Shown: positions 39,176-51,464 of the stretch, piece after piece
Layout of the letters: every line of letters begins with the position of its first letter
Position numbering within the stretch: position 1 is the stretch's first letter
Origin: Tubulanus polymorphus
Lineage: Eukaryota > Animalia > Nemertea
Assembly: GCF_964204645.1 (NCBI RefSeq)
Contig: NC_134027.1
Span: forward strand, 16,710,485 to 16,774,484
Length of the DNA: 64,000 nt
Direction: 5' to 3'
Position numbers and translations under genes: made by a program
Notes under the pieces: generated by a model
Databases searched by the model: none
What the model saw: the letters and a program-made list of their open reading frames with translations, nothing else
Told to the model about the DNA's origin: nothing

Positions 39176-40642
39176 CTACAAGGAAGAAATCAGGCATTGT
39201 CTTTCGAATTAGTGTTGGAACCTCGGCAACTAATAGGTTTTCTAGTTTAGAAGCAGTTTCCAACATAGAATGTGTGGCAAATTTGCTTTCACACGTCACC
39301 GCAAATCTTCTTATGACATCTAGAGCACCATTACGCTTCTATTTGGTGGAGACAGATGCATCTCTTCGATAGTTAAATCATCATCACTGACGTCGGCGGT
39401 ATTGTCACCTTTAGTTGCGATAAATATTTGACATTTGGCTCCAAATATTACGGAAATTAGTCTCAGTTTCACCGGGAATCACAGCAAGTGAGTGATCTGC
39501 ACCAGCGTTTTCGGTGTCAGATGATGTCAATGTTGAAACTAGTTTAAATCCAGCATTTTGATAACAACTTACCACAGTTTCTCTCTCCACCTTTCGCCAT
39601 GCTGATCGAATTGCAAACATAGCATTCAATATATTCCACTTAAAAGGGACATCAGCGTTTATCTCGGGCGCATTGAGACGTCTAGCTGCTAGGATGTGAC
39701 GATAATGGAGTTTCAAATTTTTTATTATACCGGCATCCATTGGCTGGGTGACACTGGTAGTATTTAGTGGCAGAAAAACAAGTTCTATATTGTCCAATTC
39801 AATATTTGGTTGGATGTGCGCTACAGTTGTCAACAACCATGGCAATCTTCCTTCTCTCAAGCATCATTCGTCTATCTAATTTTCGCAGCCATTTTTCAAA
39901 TAATGAAGCTGTCATCCATGCTTCATTATTGGCATCATATTCGTTTGGCAGGTGTCGAACATTTTTAAATGCCCGCGGCAATTTGTCCATACCGGTCATA
40001 TTGGATGCGACCAAAACAGTAATTCTTGTTTTAGCTTGCTTATTCCCATGATTCTTTTGACCCATGAAGCCCAGTGAAGTTTTTTCTGGGAGCATCTGCC
40101 AAAAGAGTCCGGTTTCATCCGCATTATAGATATCGTTCGGTTCGTATTCCTTCAGTTTGCCATTTTTCCATTCGTCAACAATAGCTGAATCGACACCACC
40201 GGACTCTCCCGATTTCTGTTCTTGCACAATTCTGTGGCGTTTGTTGAACCTGTCGATCCAACTGGCCGTGATTACTTCAACATACGAGAACTCTTGAGCA
40301 AAATAACGGGCCTTCTCTAGTAGCATATCACCATCAATCCTTAAATCGGGATGCGAAGACTTTTGACGAAACCACAAGATTAGCGCAGTATCGACATCTC
40401 TGAATGTAGGCTTTCTTGCACGTTTTATCACACCCTTTCGGCTATGAGAATTTTCTATCATTTGATAAGATTTTTTCCTTACTCTTCACCACATCATTGA
40501 AAGTTTGAGGTTTCATGTCAAACTTCAACGCGACATCTTTCTTCTTTATCCCTGGATTCTTTTCCATAAATTTCAGAATCTCATATTTTTCCTAAGTTTT
40601 TGAGGAATGACCAGCCTTACGTTTATTTGTCACTGTAGCCAT
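39176..40642 (-). pseudogene. Tigger/pogo transposase (CENP-B-type HTH domains plus DDE_1)
   Basis: EKYEILKF...KKDVALKF; DTALILWF; SWIDRFNKRH; IYNADETGLFW; RITVLVASNMTG; VVDNCSAHP; FLPLNTTSVTQPMDAGII. Stops and frameshifts present. Confidence 0.93.
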
Positions 40643-41552
40643 CGTGCGTCTAGTACAGATAATTCGCATATAGTGTATACATAGCCCTATATACTCGAGG
40701 GCGAGATTTTTGCTCATTGACAAATAATAGCATCTGGACAAAAATTAACTCGACCTCACTTCTGAAGTCAATGGAGTATTAAATGAAGCTTGCGACAATG
40801 ACATTGATGGATTAACTTGAGTTTACTGAAAAACGGGACCAATTTATTTATACGGAATAAGCAATTATACGGTTTAACCGCAGACGGATTAACCGAGGTT
40901 GACTGTATTCATCCAAACTATTCAACTATTCAAGTTTGAATCCTGTCAAAGTATGATACCCTGTCATATGTCATTGGTGCACATTTATTTGCTGACCTAA
41001 TCAGATTTTCAGTTATTTTTGATGCCGTTAAACTCATACAATAACAATAATGTTTATATACATTGATGCTTAGTATGCGCTTTTAAGGAATTTTAGTGAC
41101 TGATAGGGTATATGGCTATCATCTCATCAAAATTCTATATAAGAACTGTTAACACATTTCATTTGACATCGAAATTTTCATCAATCTATTACTGTCTTGC
41201 TTAATAGATGAAATACTGTTTTACTGTATCAAATGGGATAGAATATTATCAAATATGTAAATATGTGCCTAATCATAATCAACATGTTTGAGTATTTGAT
41301 TAATATAACAGTTTAGCTCTAGTAAGTACTTATCAGTAATTAATTTGTGTCACTCAATAAGATGAAGTAAACATAGAATAAACTATAGAATTATTCCTTA
41401 ATAAGGTTAAACTGCCTTGTTCCTGATGGATGGAACTCTCAAATACTTGCGTGATTGCTAGTTCCCCATCTAGCCTACCGAATTGTGCCCAGTCTGTAAC
41501 AAGTGTATGGTTGGTTGGTGTCATTGGCATGGCTTTGTACAAAGAGCAAAAA

Positions 41553-42828
41553 ACTAGGGGTCCAGGGACACCATGCCCACTTGGGAAGTGGTTCCAAATG
41601 CTCAACAATCTAACAATTTCAATATTCAACGCCCCCTGGTGACCATATACAAAAACCAATGACCTTGAAACTCACCACAATCATAGCATGTCAGCAGCTA
41701 CGATTTTGTAATTGATTGTGATAACAAAATATGCCTCGTTACCAATTTAATATGGAAATACTAAGTTATTCTACTATTCAATGCCCCCTGGTGACCATAT
41801 TGAAAACCCAATGACCTCGAAACTCACAACAATCGTAGAACATGTCATGAACTACAACTTTGATCATGGTAACAAAATATGCCTAGGAACCAATATAATA
41901 AGGAAATACTAAGTTATTCTATTATTCAACGCCCCCTGGTGACCATATAGAAAAACTAATGTCCTTAAAACTCGCAACAATCATAGATGATGTCATGAGC
42001 TACAACTTTCCAATTGATTGTGGTTAAAAAATATGCATAGGTACGAATATAATAATGAAATGCGAAGATATTGTATTATTCAACGCCCCCTGGTGGCCAT
42101 ATACGAAATCCAATTACCTTGAAACTCACCACAATCATAGAACACATTATGAGCTACAACTTTCTAATTGATTGTGTTAGCAAAATATGCTGAGGTATCA
42201 ATATAATGTGGAAAAACTTTTTCCCACTTACGAATGAGTACTGGTGACACCAAGATGGCCGCCAATTGCGTCATAATTGGCTGATGATGAAAAATACCTG
42301 TCTAAGGTAAAACATCCCTTTCCATAAATACCCATCACAAATTGCAATGAGAAATGGCAAAACCAGTAGGGAGCTACAGGACTCAGAATTCGGGCCAAAA
42401 TTGACATTTTTGGGCACTAAAAAAGGTCATAGGACGGTCATCTTGAGTCTGATCAACCCAATTTTTGTTATGCTCATGGGCCCTGGGGGGATTCTCATAC
42501 ATCCAAAAGATCAAGGTAATTGATCAAAGCGTCTTCAAAATTTCCCTCAAAAAGTTCAAAAATGTATAAAAAGTGTTGATTTTGGCGAACAACAATGGCT
42601 GCCAGTCGGCCATCTTGATTCTGACAGGGCCAGTTTTTGGGCTGAAGATGTGTCTAGAGTAGATACATGTGTAACCCAAATATCAAGACGTTACCTTGAA
42701 GCGTCTTCAAAACTTCCCAAAATAACTGGATTCCGTCTACGGACGGACGGACGCTACGACGGACGCTACGACGGACGAAAAGTGAACGCAATAGCCCGTT
42801 GGAACTAAAGTCCCAAGTGGGCTAAAAA
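41553..42828 (+). mobile_element. Full-length non-autonomous Helentron/HINE (DINE-1/pearl-like) element
   Basis: ACTAG start, four ~160-bp tandem units, (GACG)n tract, 3' hairpin AGCCC...GGGCT then an A run. Further partial copies at 24295, 26287, 28490 and 43680. Confidence 0.75.
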
Positions 42829-44131
42829 TCATTTTCTGCGAAAAACAACGTGGGAGTTTGGGAATGTTGATTACATATTGAGAGCCAATTGTTTTATCGA
42901 TTACACGAAAATAAATTTTTCTGTAGTTAAAAACGTCAAATTTCTACATTATATCTCATGGCTTCAATAGTTTTATATGTTTTACACTAAAGATTTGTTC
43001 CTAGGTATTACAACGGGTTGCATGGGTACGGAATTAATGGAACAAGGGTATTTTAAATACGGATTATAGCGTATAAGAATTTTACTCGAAACGGAAAAGG
43101 GGAATAGCGTTTGAAAAACGGGAGTAAAAAACACAAAAAGATATGTTAAAAAACGCACGGCATTTTACTCCCAGGGATTGGCAAAATTTTGGGTTAATTA
43201 TTCAGTAAGCTTACTTGTGTGGAGCAGGACGGTCATTTTGTAACACGCGGACCACGTGTGCGCATTATTCTCTGGGACTCGACCCTTAGTGATACTGTGA
43301 AACCGGCGCGCTTGTTATTCTAAAAAATTCAACCCGTTGCTAAGGGACTGTGCTTTTTGTGGGATTCGAATCCAGTCTTCCAATCGGTTTCTACGGAGAA
43401 TACGAACTTAAAATAACATTTTTTGACAATATTTTGTGAATATTCTTTGTAAATATTCTGAAAATTACACAAAATCATTTTGTTATCCTTCATTCACGTA
43501 TTTAAACTACCCGCGCGACGCGGCCCGCAAGTTTCGACGAAAGTCGTCCGTGACCGTCATTTTCGTTGCCGCGATTTAGCCAATGCCCATGTATCCCGGA
43601 TGTAAACTACACTTTTTGAGAAGGACGGTATGGAGAAATATAGAACATTTGAATTTGCCTCATACACGCGATTAACTTAAAACCAAGTATCAAGACATTA
43701 CATTGGAGTGTCTTCAAAACTTCCCAAAATAAATGGATTCCATCTACGGACGGACAGACGGACGTACGAACGGACGGATGAAAAGTCAACGCAATAGCCC
43801 GCTGGGATTTAAGTCCCAAGTGGGCTTAAAATATATAAAGGACTCAATTTTGGTCAGTGTGAACTTTTAATGAGAATGAAATCTTCGAAAAATTGGGTTT
43901 CATCAGAGGTTTTTCATTATCATATACGGACCAATCAGGACAGAAGCTCCCAAGTTCTTCAAATTTGAGGCCAGTGCCGGTTACTGATGAAACAAAGTTT
44001 ATCGACTGACCTGGTTTAACATCTTCACTCAGACAAATCGTTGTTACGCGCGACCTACACCTTGGTGCGCGTACTCTATAACTGATACATACATGCAGTG
44101 AAAACGAGAGTATAAGTCGATATTGCCTACG

Positions 44132-44515
44132 CGACTGCACACGACTGTTTTCAACACGAACGCTCATCACTGTGTCACAGTTAACAAACTAATACTAATA
44201 ATGAGGCTCCAAAATGGATTGCTGATGCTTCAATTAATGATGATATTAAAACAAGTAGGCCTACTCCAGTCGTGTGTATATCAGACACATCTCTAAAAAT
44301 CTGATATCACTGTATCAGTCAATCAGTGACTGTACACGACTGTTTTCAAAGCGAACGCTCATCACTGTGCCGCAGTTAACAAACTAATACTAATAATCAG
44401 GCTCCAAAATGGATCACTAATGCTTCAATTAATGATGATAAAACAAGTATTCCAGTCGTGTATATATCAGACTCATCTCAAAAAATCTGATGCTATCACT
44501 ATATCAGTAAATCAG
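44132..44515. repeat. Tandem duplication, two ~195-bp units
   Basis: GACTG.ACACGACTGTTTTCAA..CGAACGCTCATCACTG at 44132 and 44328. Confidence 0.9.
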
Positions 44516-44979
44516 CTGTGTGGCCTATCAACCTATTCAATCGTGCCGTCATTTTGTTTGTGAAATAACGCGCACCAGCTGATCACCTAATTCGATATGA
44601 TGACGTCATGATGGAAGTCGAAACCGGGTCAACACAAATTTTATAGAAGCAAGATTTTGAGGGGTTTTGTCTTTGAAAGCCCATAAATACCGAACCAAGC
44701 GTCGGATCTTGGCAATATAGCCTAAAGTTCTTCCGAGGCAAATAGCATTGAATTTTCACATGTGTTATTTTTGACAGTTATAGATGCTGCATAAAAAAAC
44801 GCACTCAAATAAATCGAATTTTTGAAACTTTTTGGTAGGCCTAAATTTCTAAAAAAATATGAAACCCGTGGCTTTCAACTTTGCGCAACATAGGCCTAAA
44901 GAAAAACCAATCACGAAATATATTTTTGCTTAATCCGTTAATTTCGCCCAGTAGTAGTGAAATTACAGGCTACTGAAAT

Positions 44980-45298
44980 CACACGGACTTGTCACAATTG
45001 ATAGTGAATGAATATAACCAGTATCAATGACCAACCCCAGTATCCCTGTATAATAAAAAAACAAGGGTGGCAATTATTAATCATCAATCTGAAAATGACC
45101 TCTCCACTTCAATCGACTGTAATTCCAAAAATCCTCAACCGATTCACATGAAATTAGCTTAAATACAAACTAGAAGACTTTCTTCTTCCAACGAGCCTAT
45201 AACGATCACTCTACGACAAATATCTCACAACGAAATCAGCGTTTATTTACGGGAGATAGCTCAAAATGGAGGTGTACTGATTCTATGGTGGACAGCAA
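44980..45298 (-). mobile_element. Truncated inverted copy of the 50168-50507 MITE
   Basis: Reverse-complement match over about 315 bp. Confidence 0.85.
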
Positions 45299-45305
45299 TA
45301 TATAC

Positions 45306-45775
45306 GGGTCCTTCTTATTACCGAGATGACGTACCGAGATGACATGAAATATAGCATATTTAGGTTTTATTCCTTATCGATTTTAACACTTGAAATGTTA
45401 TATCATGTTATATGTTATGTATACTCATGTTATATCACTAATAAATAACTTCTAGTCATATTTTACATATTTTTCCAGATATTTTGTAAAAAAAATTTTG
45501 ACTTCAAATACGTAATCTCGATGAGCAATAAAATTTCATTGAATTTCATTGATCGACGATCACATCTCGGTGAAGTTAAAAGTTATTTTTCTACAAAATA
45601 TCCGACAAAATATGTAAAATGTGACTCCAGCAGGCATTTATTACTGATATAATATGATTTCAAGTGTTAAAATCGATAAGGAATAAATAAATATGTTATA
45701 GGCCTATTTCATGTCATCTCGGTTGAACTCGGTTCATTTCGGTAAAATACGTCATCTTGGTAATAAGGAGGAGCA
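45306..45775. mobile_element. Palindromic MITE with 8-bp TSD
   Basis: Long inverted arms (..CTTATTACCGAGATG..), TSD ATATATAC. Same family as 48019-48466. Confidence 0.8.
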
Positions 45776-46527
45776 ATATATACTATAGTTTGATTGACAG
45801 CTCACTAGCACTCGGAAGTTGCCGCGCATGCGCAGTGGTTTCCGCCTCATCAATACGGCCACAGGCTAAAGCGAAGCCGTTTCATCCCTTGTTATTTAAG
45901 GCATCGCGCCCGCTGATACTGATCCTTAACAGCCAATTGTTTATCGGAACTCTATAGTGGATAAATAAACAACATCAACACAATATATTTCTGTGATATT
46001 TTTAATTTCTTTGCAGTTTAAATTTAGCGCCATTCTCGCTTCCACCAGCCCCCTGGCCTCACGAAGCGTGATTTCATTACTGGCGCTGTTGCGCATGACG
46101 TCATAGGCCTATAAGCCTATCAATTTCCGAAATACTTCCTAGTTCAGTAAAACGTTCGCTGATTGGTCCATTTAACGGGAAAACCAATAGAAGCCTGAAG
46201 TCGTTTGTTACAAGCGCTGTGATTGGTACGACTGGATTCTGGTCGGCTAGTTAACGACTCCAACGACTCGTGAGGCCAAGGGGTTCGGCGAACAGCTTTA
46301 GCGTAGTGGGGGTAGGGGTAGCGTAACGGGTGAAGATGAAGGGTACCAAACACGGTGGGGGATTCCCCTAGATATTGGGCTCGGATGTACTGGCATACCT
46401 GTACTGGGATACCCCTCCTTTCTAAAGGTTTGATTATTTCAAAAGTTAGGTTGGGTAGGCCTATGTGGGGCGAAAACCACTTCAATGCGTAGCTAAGATG
46501 CTGGCCTATGAGCCTAGTCAGTAACCG

Positions 46528-47650
46528 GACTGTGGTTTAGTTTCACCATCGGATATTTTCACAAACCAGTCAGGAATGGGAAGGTCATTTTTCAATGAAA
46601 TCTTCGTGAGTCACTTTGACTCACAAGTAATTTGCCTGGCATTTCATTGTCTCTTAAGATGTCCGTCTAATTTTTGTTGTAATCAACGCACAACAGATTC
46701 GTAGTTTGTTTGATACCTATAACACCTCACCTGACAATCTTAATCCATGTGCAAATCGGCCGTAAAGTTGAGAGAAAATCTCCGTCGCTTCGACGGCGGC
46801 CATTTTGAAAACGTGTAGAGGGTGCTGGCACCTGTGGACTGAGGCCAGGACCACAACACAAACTAACGAAACGAAATGAAGAAATTTAAAAAAATTAAGA
46901 AATCAACACTTATTTACATTTATCTTCAACCAGAATTTATTTCTTCATTATTTATTACGGAAACACGAAGATTTGAAATATAAGTTGGAAAACCATCAAA
47001 AATAAAAATTGTCGTTTCGTTTTGAAAGTTTTATGTAAATCCTTGTAGGTCACCTAGTCTATCATGCCACATGTATGCAATACAGAGAAATGGTGGCCAA
47101 TAGCGTAATTGGTGGAGAAATTAATTAATTTCTCAAAATAATGTTGATTAATCGCTCGAAACATAGGCCTACATAGAATTGGATTATTTCAAAAGGTACC
47201 TGTGTGAGTTTGTGATTTAAGCCATTAATTGTGGACTGAAGTGAATAAAAAATATATTTTTGAAGTGTTACTTTTTTCAACCGTGTTTTGGCCCTTGTCA
47301 TCCCTAACGTTGGAATAGGCCTAAGCTCATCCGATTATAAAAAGCTTACCACCAACGATTAGGTTACTAACTACTATGAGCCATAAGCAGGATTTCTCCT
47401 GAATTTATGCGCTTACATATGAACTAAACTCGCGAATTTCTTGTTTTTACTAGGCCTAGGATATAGAAGATTTTGGAATAGTGGTCTGAGCTCATTAATC
47501 AGCATACGAATGATTATCAATCGGCCAGACGGTTGACAGGCTCAAGGCTAGTTAGTTACCTAATCGTTGGTGGTTAGCTTTTTATAATCAGATGGGCTTA
47601 ACACCTTTGTGGTTAGTGAAAATATCCGATCGTGAAACTAAACCACAGTC
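46528..47650. mobile_element. Element with ~40-bp TIRs, containing a further inverted repeat at 47323-47598
   Basis: GACTGTGGTTTAGTTTCAC.ATCGGATATTTTCAC and its reverse complement at 47610-47650. Confidence 0.65.
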
Positions 47651-48637
47651 TAATATCTATTTCAACCTGACTTGAGAGCATTCCGGGTGGCCTAGCTCAG
47701 TCAGTTTTGGTGGTACATAGGCCTACTTGATAAAAGTCTTATTAGTGCCAGAATGCATTGGCAGTCGACCTAAATCTTCATTTCTTAATCCACTTTAAAC
47801 TGTATAGAAGGATATCTTAAAAGTCTGCATTGAGAGGGGTTCATGAGAGAAAAGAGACTCCATGATTTGAAAGTTTAACAATATGTCTCCATGCCTACCA
47901 ACTGAAGTTTGATACGTAGGCATGGAAACATATTGTTAAACTTTCAAATCATGAAGTCACTTCTCTTCATTTAGGCCTAACCCCTCTCAGTGAAGACTTT
48001 TTGGATATCCTTCAATACCGGTCATCCTTATTACCGAGATGATGTATTTTACCGAGATGAACCGAGATGAACCGAGATGATATTAAATATAACATATTTA
48101 TTTATTCCATATCGATTTTAACCATTGAAATCATATTATATCAGTAATAAATGCCTGCTGGGTTCATATTTTACATATTTTGTCGGATATTTTTGGAAAA
48201 ATAACTTTTAACTTTACCAAGATGAGATCGTCGATCAATCAAATTCAATGAAATTTTATTCCTAACCGAGTTTACGTTTTTTGAGTCAAAATTTTTTTAA
48301 ATAAAAAAATGTAAAATATGACTCTAGGAGGTATTTATTACTGATATAACATGATTTCAAGTGTTAAAATCGATAAGGAATAAATAAATATGTTATATTT
48401 AACTTCATCTCGGTTGATCTCGGTTCATCTCGGTAAAATACATCATCTCGGTAATAAGGATGACCCTTCAATACAGTTTCTAATGGATTAAAAAATGATG
48501 ATTTAGGTCAACTGCCAGTCCTTTCTGGTCCTACTAAGACCTTTATCAGGTAGCCTATGTACTACCAAAAATGAGCGAGTTAGGCCACCCGGAATGCTCT
48601 CACAACAAGACACAAGTCAGGTTGAAATAGACATTAG
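47650..48637. mobile_element. Fold-back element (~250-bp arms) with nested MITE
   Basis: Arms pair around 47900-47916 (CATGCCTAC / GTAGGCATG). Ends CTAAT.TCTATTT / AAATAGACATTAG. Confidence 0.8.
48019..48466. mobile_element. Palindromic MITE with 8-bp TSD
   Basis: TIR GGTCATCCTTATTACCGAGATGATG, TSD TTCAATAC (48011-18 and 48467-74). Confidence 0.88.
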
Positions 48638-48649
48638 TCAGGTTACTGA

Positions 48650-49197
48650 CTAATGTCTATTTATTAATTGATGAGACCTGTTTTTCTTGGATATTTTGCT
48701 TACTTTTTGGGGTACATACCTCATTTATGTCTTAACAGAATGCCAAAAATCGCGGACATCAACTGAATATCCGATATATTTCCAGTTCTGTACCAATTAG
48801 ATGGATTGGCAAAAAGACTCCTTAAGTCCAGTTGAATGAGAGAGAAAATCCTCCATTTTGTCAAATTTCTTGGATTTGAACATTGTTACCATGCCTACGC
48901 CACCCTGATTTAGTTGTTGAGACCCCACAAGAAAAATAACTTCATTTCGTAGGCATGGTGACAATGTAAAAATTCAAGAAATTTGACAAAATGGAGGATT
49001 TTCTCTCTCATTCAATTGGACTTAAGGAGTCTTTTTGCCAATGCATCTAATTGGTACAGAACTGGAAATATATCGGATATTCAGTTGTTGTCCGCGATTT
49101 TTGGCATTCTGTTAAGACATAAATGAGGTATGTACCCCAAAAAGTAAGCAAAATATCCCAGAAAAACAGGTCTCATCAATTAATAAATAGACATTAG
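48650..49197. mobile_element. Near-perfect fold-back element (~250-bp arms, ~48-nt loop)
   Basis: 48650-48899 is the reverse complement of 48948-49197 with few mismatches. Confidence 0.9.
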
Positions 49198-49255
49198 CTC
49201 AAGGGCAAGGCGAGCCAGAAACACAATCCGAACTTATCACAGACTACCTAAGTAC

Positions 49256-49315
49256 CTTATAAAGCGCCAAACAGGCTGATGTCGATCCAAAGTGCAGACC
49301 GAACGCTGATGTCAT
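49256..49315 (-). CDS. HSPA14: HSPA14 coding exon 1
   Basis: aaaatcATG MTSAFGLHFGSTSACLALYK|GTactt. It matches the HSPA14 N-terminus (MAAIGVHLGCTSACVAVYK) and splices in phase 0 to the exon at 24261. Confidence 0.9.
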
Positions 49316-50167
49316 GATTTGATCCACGTTTTTGTCGTCCAGACTCTTCCCTCGCGTCGATCGTACGCCGGACTAAAAAAAGGCTCAGGACACTTTTAGC
49401 AATTTCGTTTCGGTAATCTTAGTTCTCAATTTATGTTAAACTGTAAAATCGCCTACATTAGGTTCGAGTCCTAGCCGCAATATTTTTTCGCGGTCCGTCT
49501 AAAGAACATACCTCTTACCGCCCTTTGGTTTTTTCGTTTCGGCTGAAATATAGAATCCAGACCGGATTTTAGCTGATACCGTATCGAAGATTACTTTAAA
49601 GTGGATCGAGCGCAAAAACGTTGACAACTTTATATTTCATTTATTCCAAAACAGATTTAAAGACAGTTGAGTTGTTGTAGGCCTACACTCCATGTTTAAA
49701 ATGCAATGTATCTTTATTTGAAGTGAATGCCACGTATAGTGGTAATGATACATCACGTGCATAGCCTAAATGATGTTAATGTTTTTTTTTTTATAAATAA
49801 CATGTTCCATTCGCGACCAAATCGCTCATCGAACGAAGCGCTTTGATTCCATTTGCTACGACAGTGGAGCGTTCGGTGATAGGTCAAAAACAAAATGGCG
49901 GCTTTTTCAATCGCAGAAAATTCAGCGTCCGGTTGTGGAGAGTAGGGTCATCAGGCGATTCGATTCGTACCACGTGACAGTAATCGACGGGGCAAAGCGA
50001 TTTTATACGAGTTGCTTAAAAAAACGCCTTAATTTGTTTAATCCCATTCTTTAAATTGTTCAGTCTAGGCCTATAAGGAATGCACTAAGTGAGTGAGAAC
50101 CTGCGAGTGTCAGTGACAGTGGTATATGTCGCTGTCGGACACACGTGATCCGGCTCCTTAGTACACG

Positions 50168-50507
50168 CACAGGGACTGCCATTTTTGCTGTCCACCATAG
50201 AATCTGTACACCTCCATTTTGAGCTATCTCCCGTAAATAAACGCCGATTTCGTTGTGAGATATTTGTCGTAGAGTGATCGTTAAGGCTCGTTGGAAGCAG
50301 ACGGTCTTATAGTTTGTATTAAAGCTAATTTCATGTGAATCGGTTGAGGATTTTTGGAATTACAGTCGATTGAAGTGGAGAGGTCATTTTCAGATTGATG
50401 ATTAATAATTGCCACCCTTGTTTTTTTATTATACAGGGATACTGGGGTTGGTCATTGATACTGGTTAGGCTATATTCATTCACTATCAATTGTGACAAGT
50501 CCCTGTG
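50168..50507. mobile_element. 340-bp MITE with CACAGGGACT termini
   Basis: Begins CACAGGGACT and ends AGTCCCTGTG. A second copy lies at 44980-45298. Confidence 0.7.
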
Positions 50508-51464
50508 AGACACGCATGCATTACGGAGCGCGCCACGCTCTGGACTGAAGTCCTGAAATGAATCTAGACTGGTTACCGGTCTCCATCTTCAATTAGAGAC
50601 CGGTTATGCCCATCATCCATTTTACAGTCTCGGTGCATGTCAAATAAGGTCAAACATGTGAAGTAGCAAGTTACCTCCTGGTTACTTCATGCGTCTCTTC
50701 AAATCTGCTTGGCTTCGATCGAGCGATATCAAAATTGCCCTTTACAATGGACGGAAAGACGTTAATTGCTGTAAGTATCAGATAAAACCACTTATAATTT
50801 ACCTGGTGCTCGGAATACAAACTAACAAGGATCGAAATCTAATGCGAGGTGATATCAGCCGCGACAGTCACTGAATACAGAACATTCTGAAGGAACAGAG
50901 GACATCCTTTCTATCTACCGATCGTGAGATGTATTTAGTGAAGTGATGTTTTAATACAGTGTTGTAAAATGACTATATTTTAAATTAGTATCTGAATAAT
51001 GTTTACAATTGTAGAACTCCTTAGTGCTTTGTGAGATCAGATATTTGGATCCACCTCAGCCTACTGATTTCCTGCCGATACAGACAGCAAGTTGGGACAG
51101 TCAAATTAAGAGACTTGGTCAAGACTAGTTATTCAGATCACACTGGAATATGCAATATTCTCTCTCCTCATGGACCACACAATGTCAATGTTGACTTAGC
51201 TAGAAATCGATTATAGAATTCATCACGACAAATTCTTTTTCACTGAATTCAATATTCATTGTTCACTTCTGGTACAAAATCTTGTTACACCCATGTTACA
51301 GGGTGTTACATAGCGTTACAGATATTTATTTCACTTTTGCCAGATTGAGATGAAAGGTTATATGTAATATCGGGGGCTACACTACTGACTGCCCATCATG
51401 TTACAAGTTACATGTAACTCAACAAAAAGCTAAGCATTTAGTGGTCCCATTCTAAGCCACTCAT

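Larger units (their letters stand above)
36574..40905 (-). mobile_element. pogo/Tigger DNA transposon (4.3 kb) with extra internal sequence
   Basis: Perfect 20-bp TIR CAGTCAACCTCGGTTAATCC, TA TSD, transposase inside. Confidence 0.92.

Noticed and set aside
43340-43385. tRNA gene (GGGATTCGAATCC); similar B-box at about 49460
   Set aside because: Only an isolated B-box/T-arm is present, with no full cloverleaf.
49890-49945. Divergent gene start (CAAAATGGCGGC) upstream of HSPA14
   Set aside because: The frame stops after 16 codons with no clear donor. More likely a YY1-type motif.
44980-50507. A 5.5-kb composite transposon with 315-bp TIRs that captured HSPA14 exon 1 and its promoter
   Set aside because: The right arm is itself a complete 340-bp MITE with its own TIRs. 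Two independent opposite-orientation insertions are the simpler explanation, and there is no flanking TSD.
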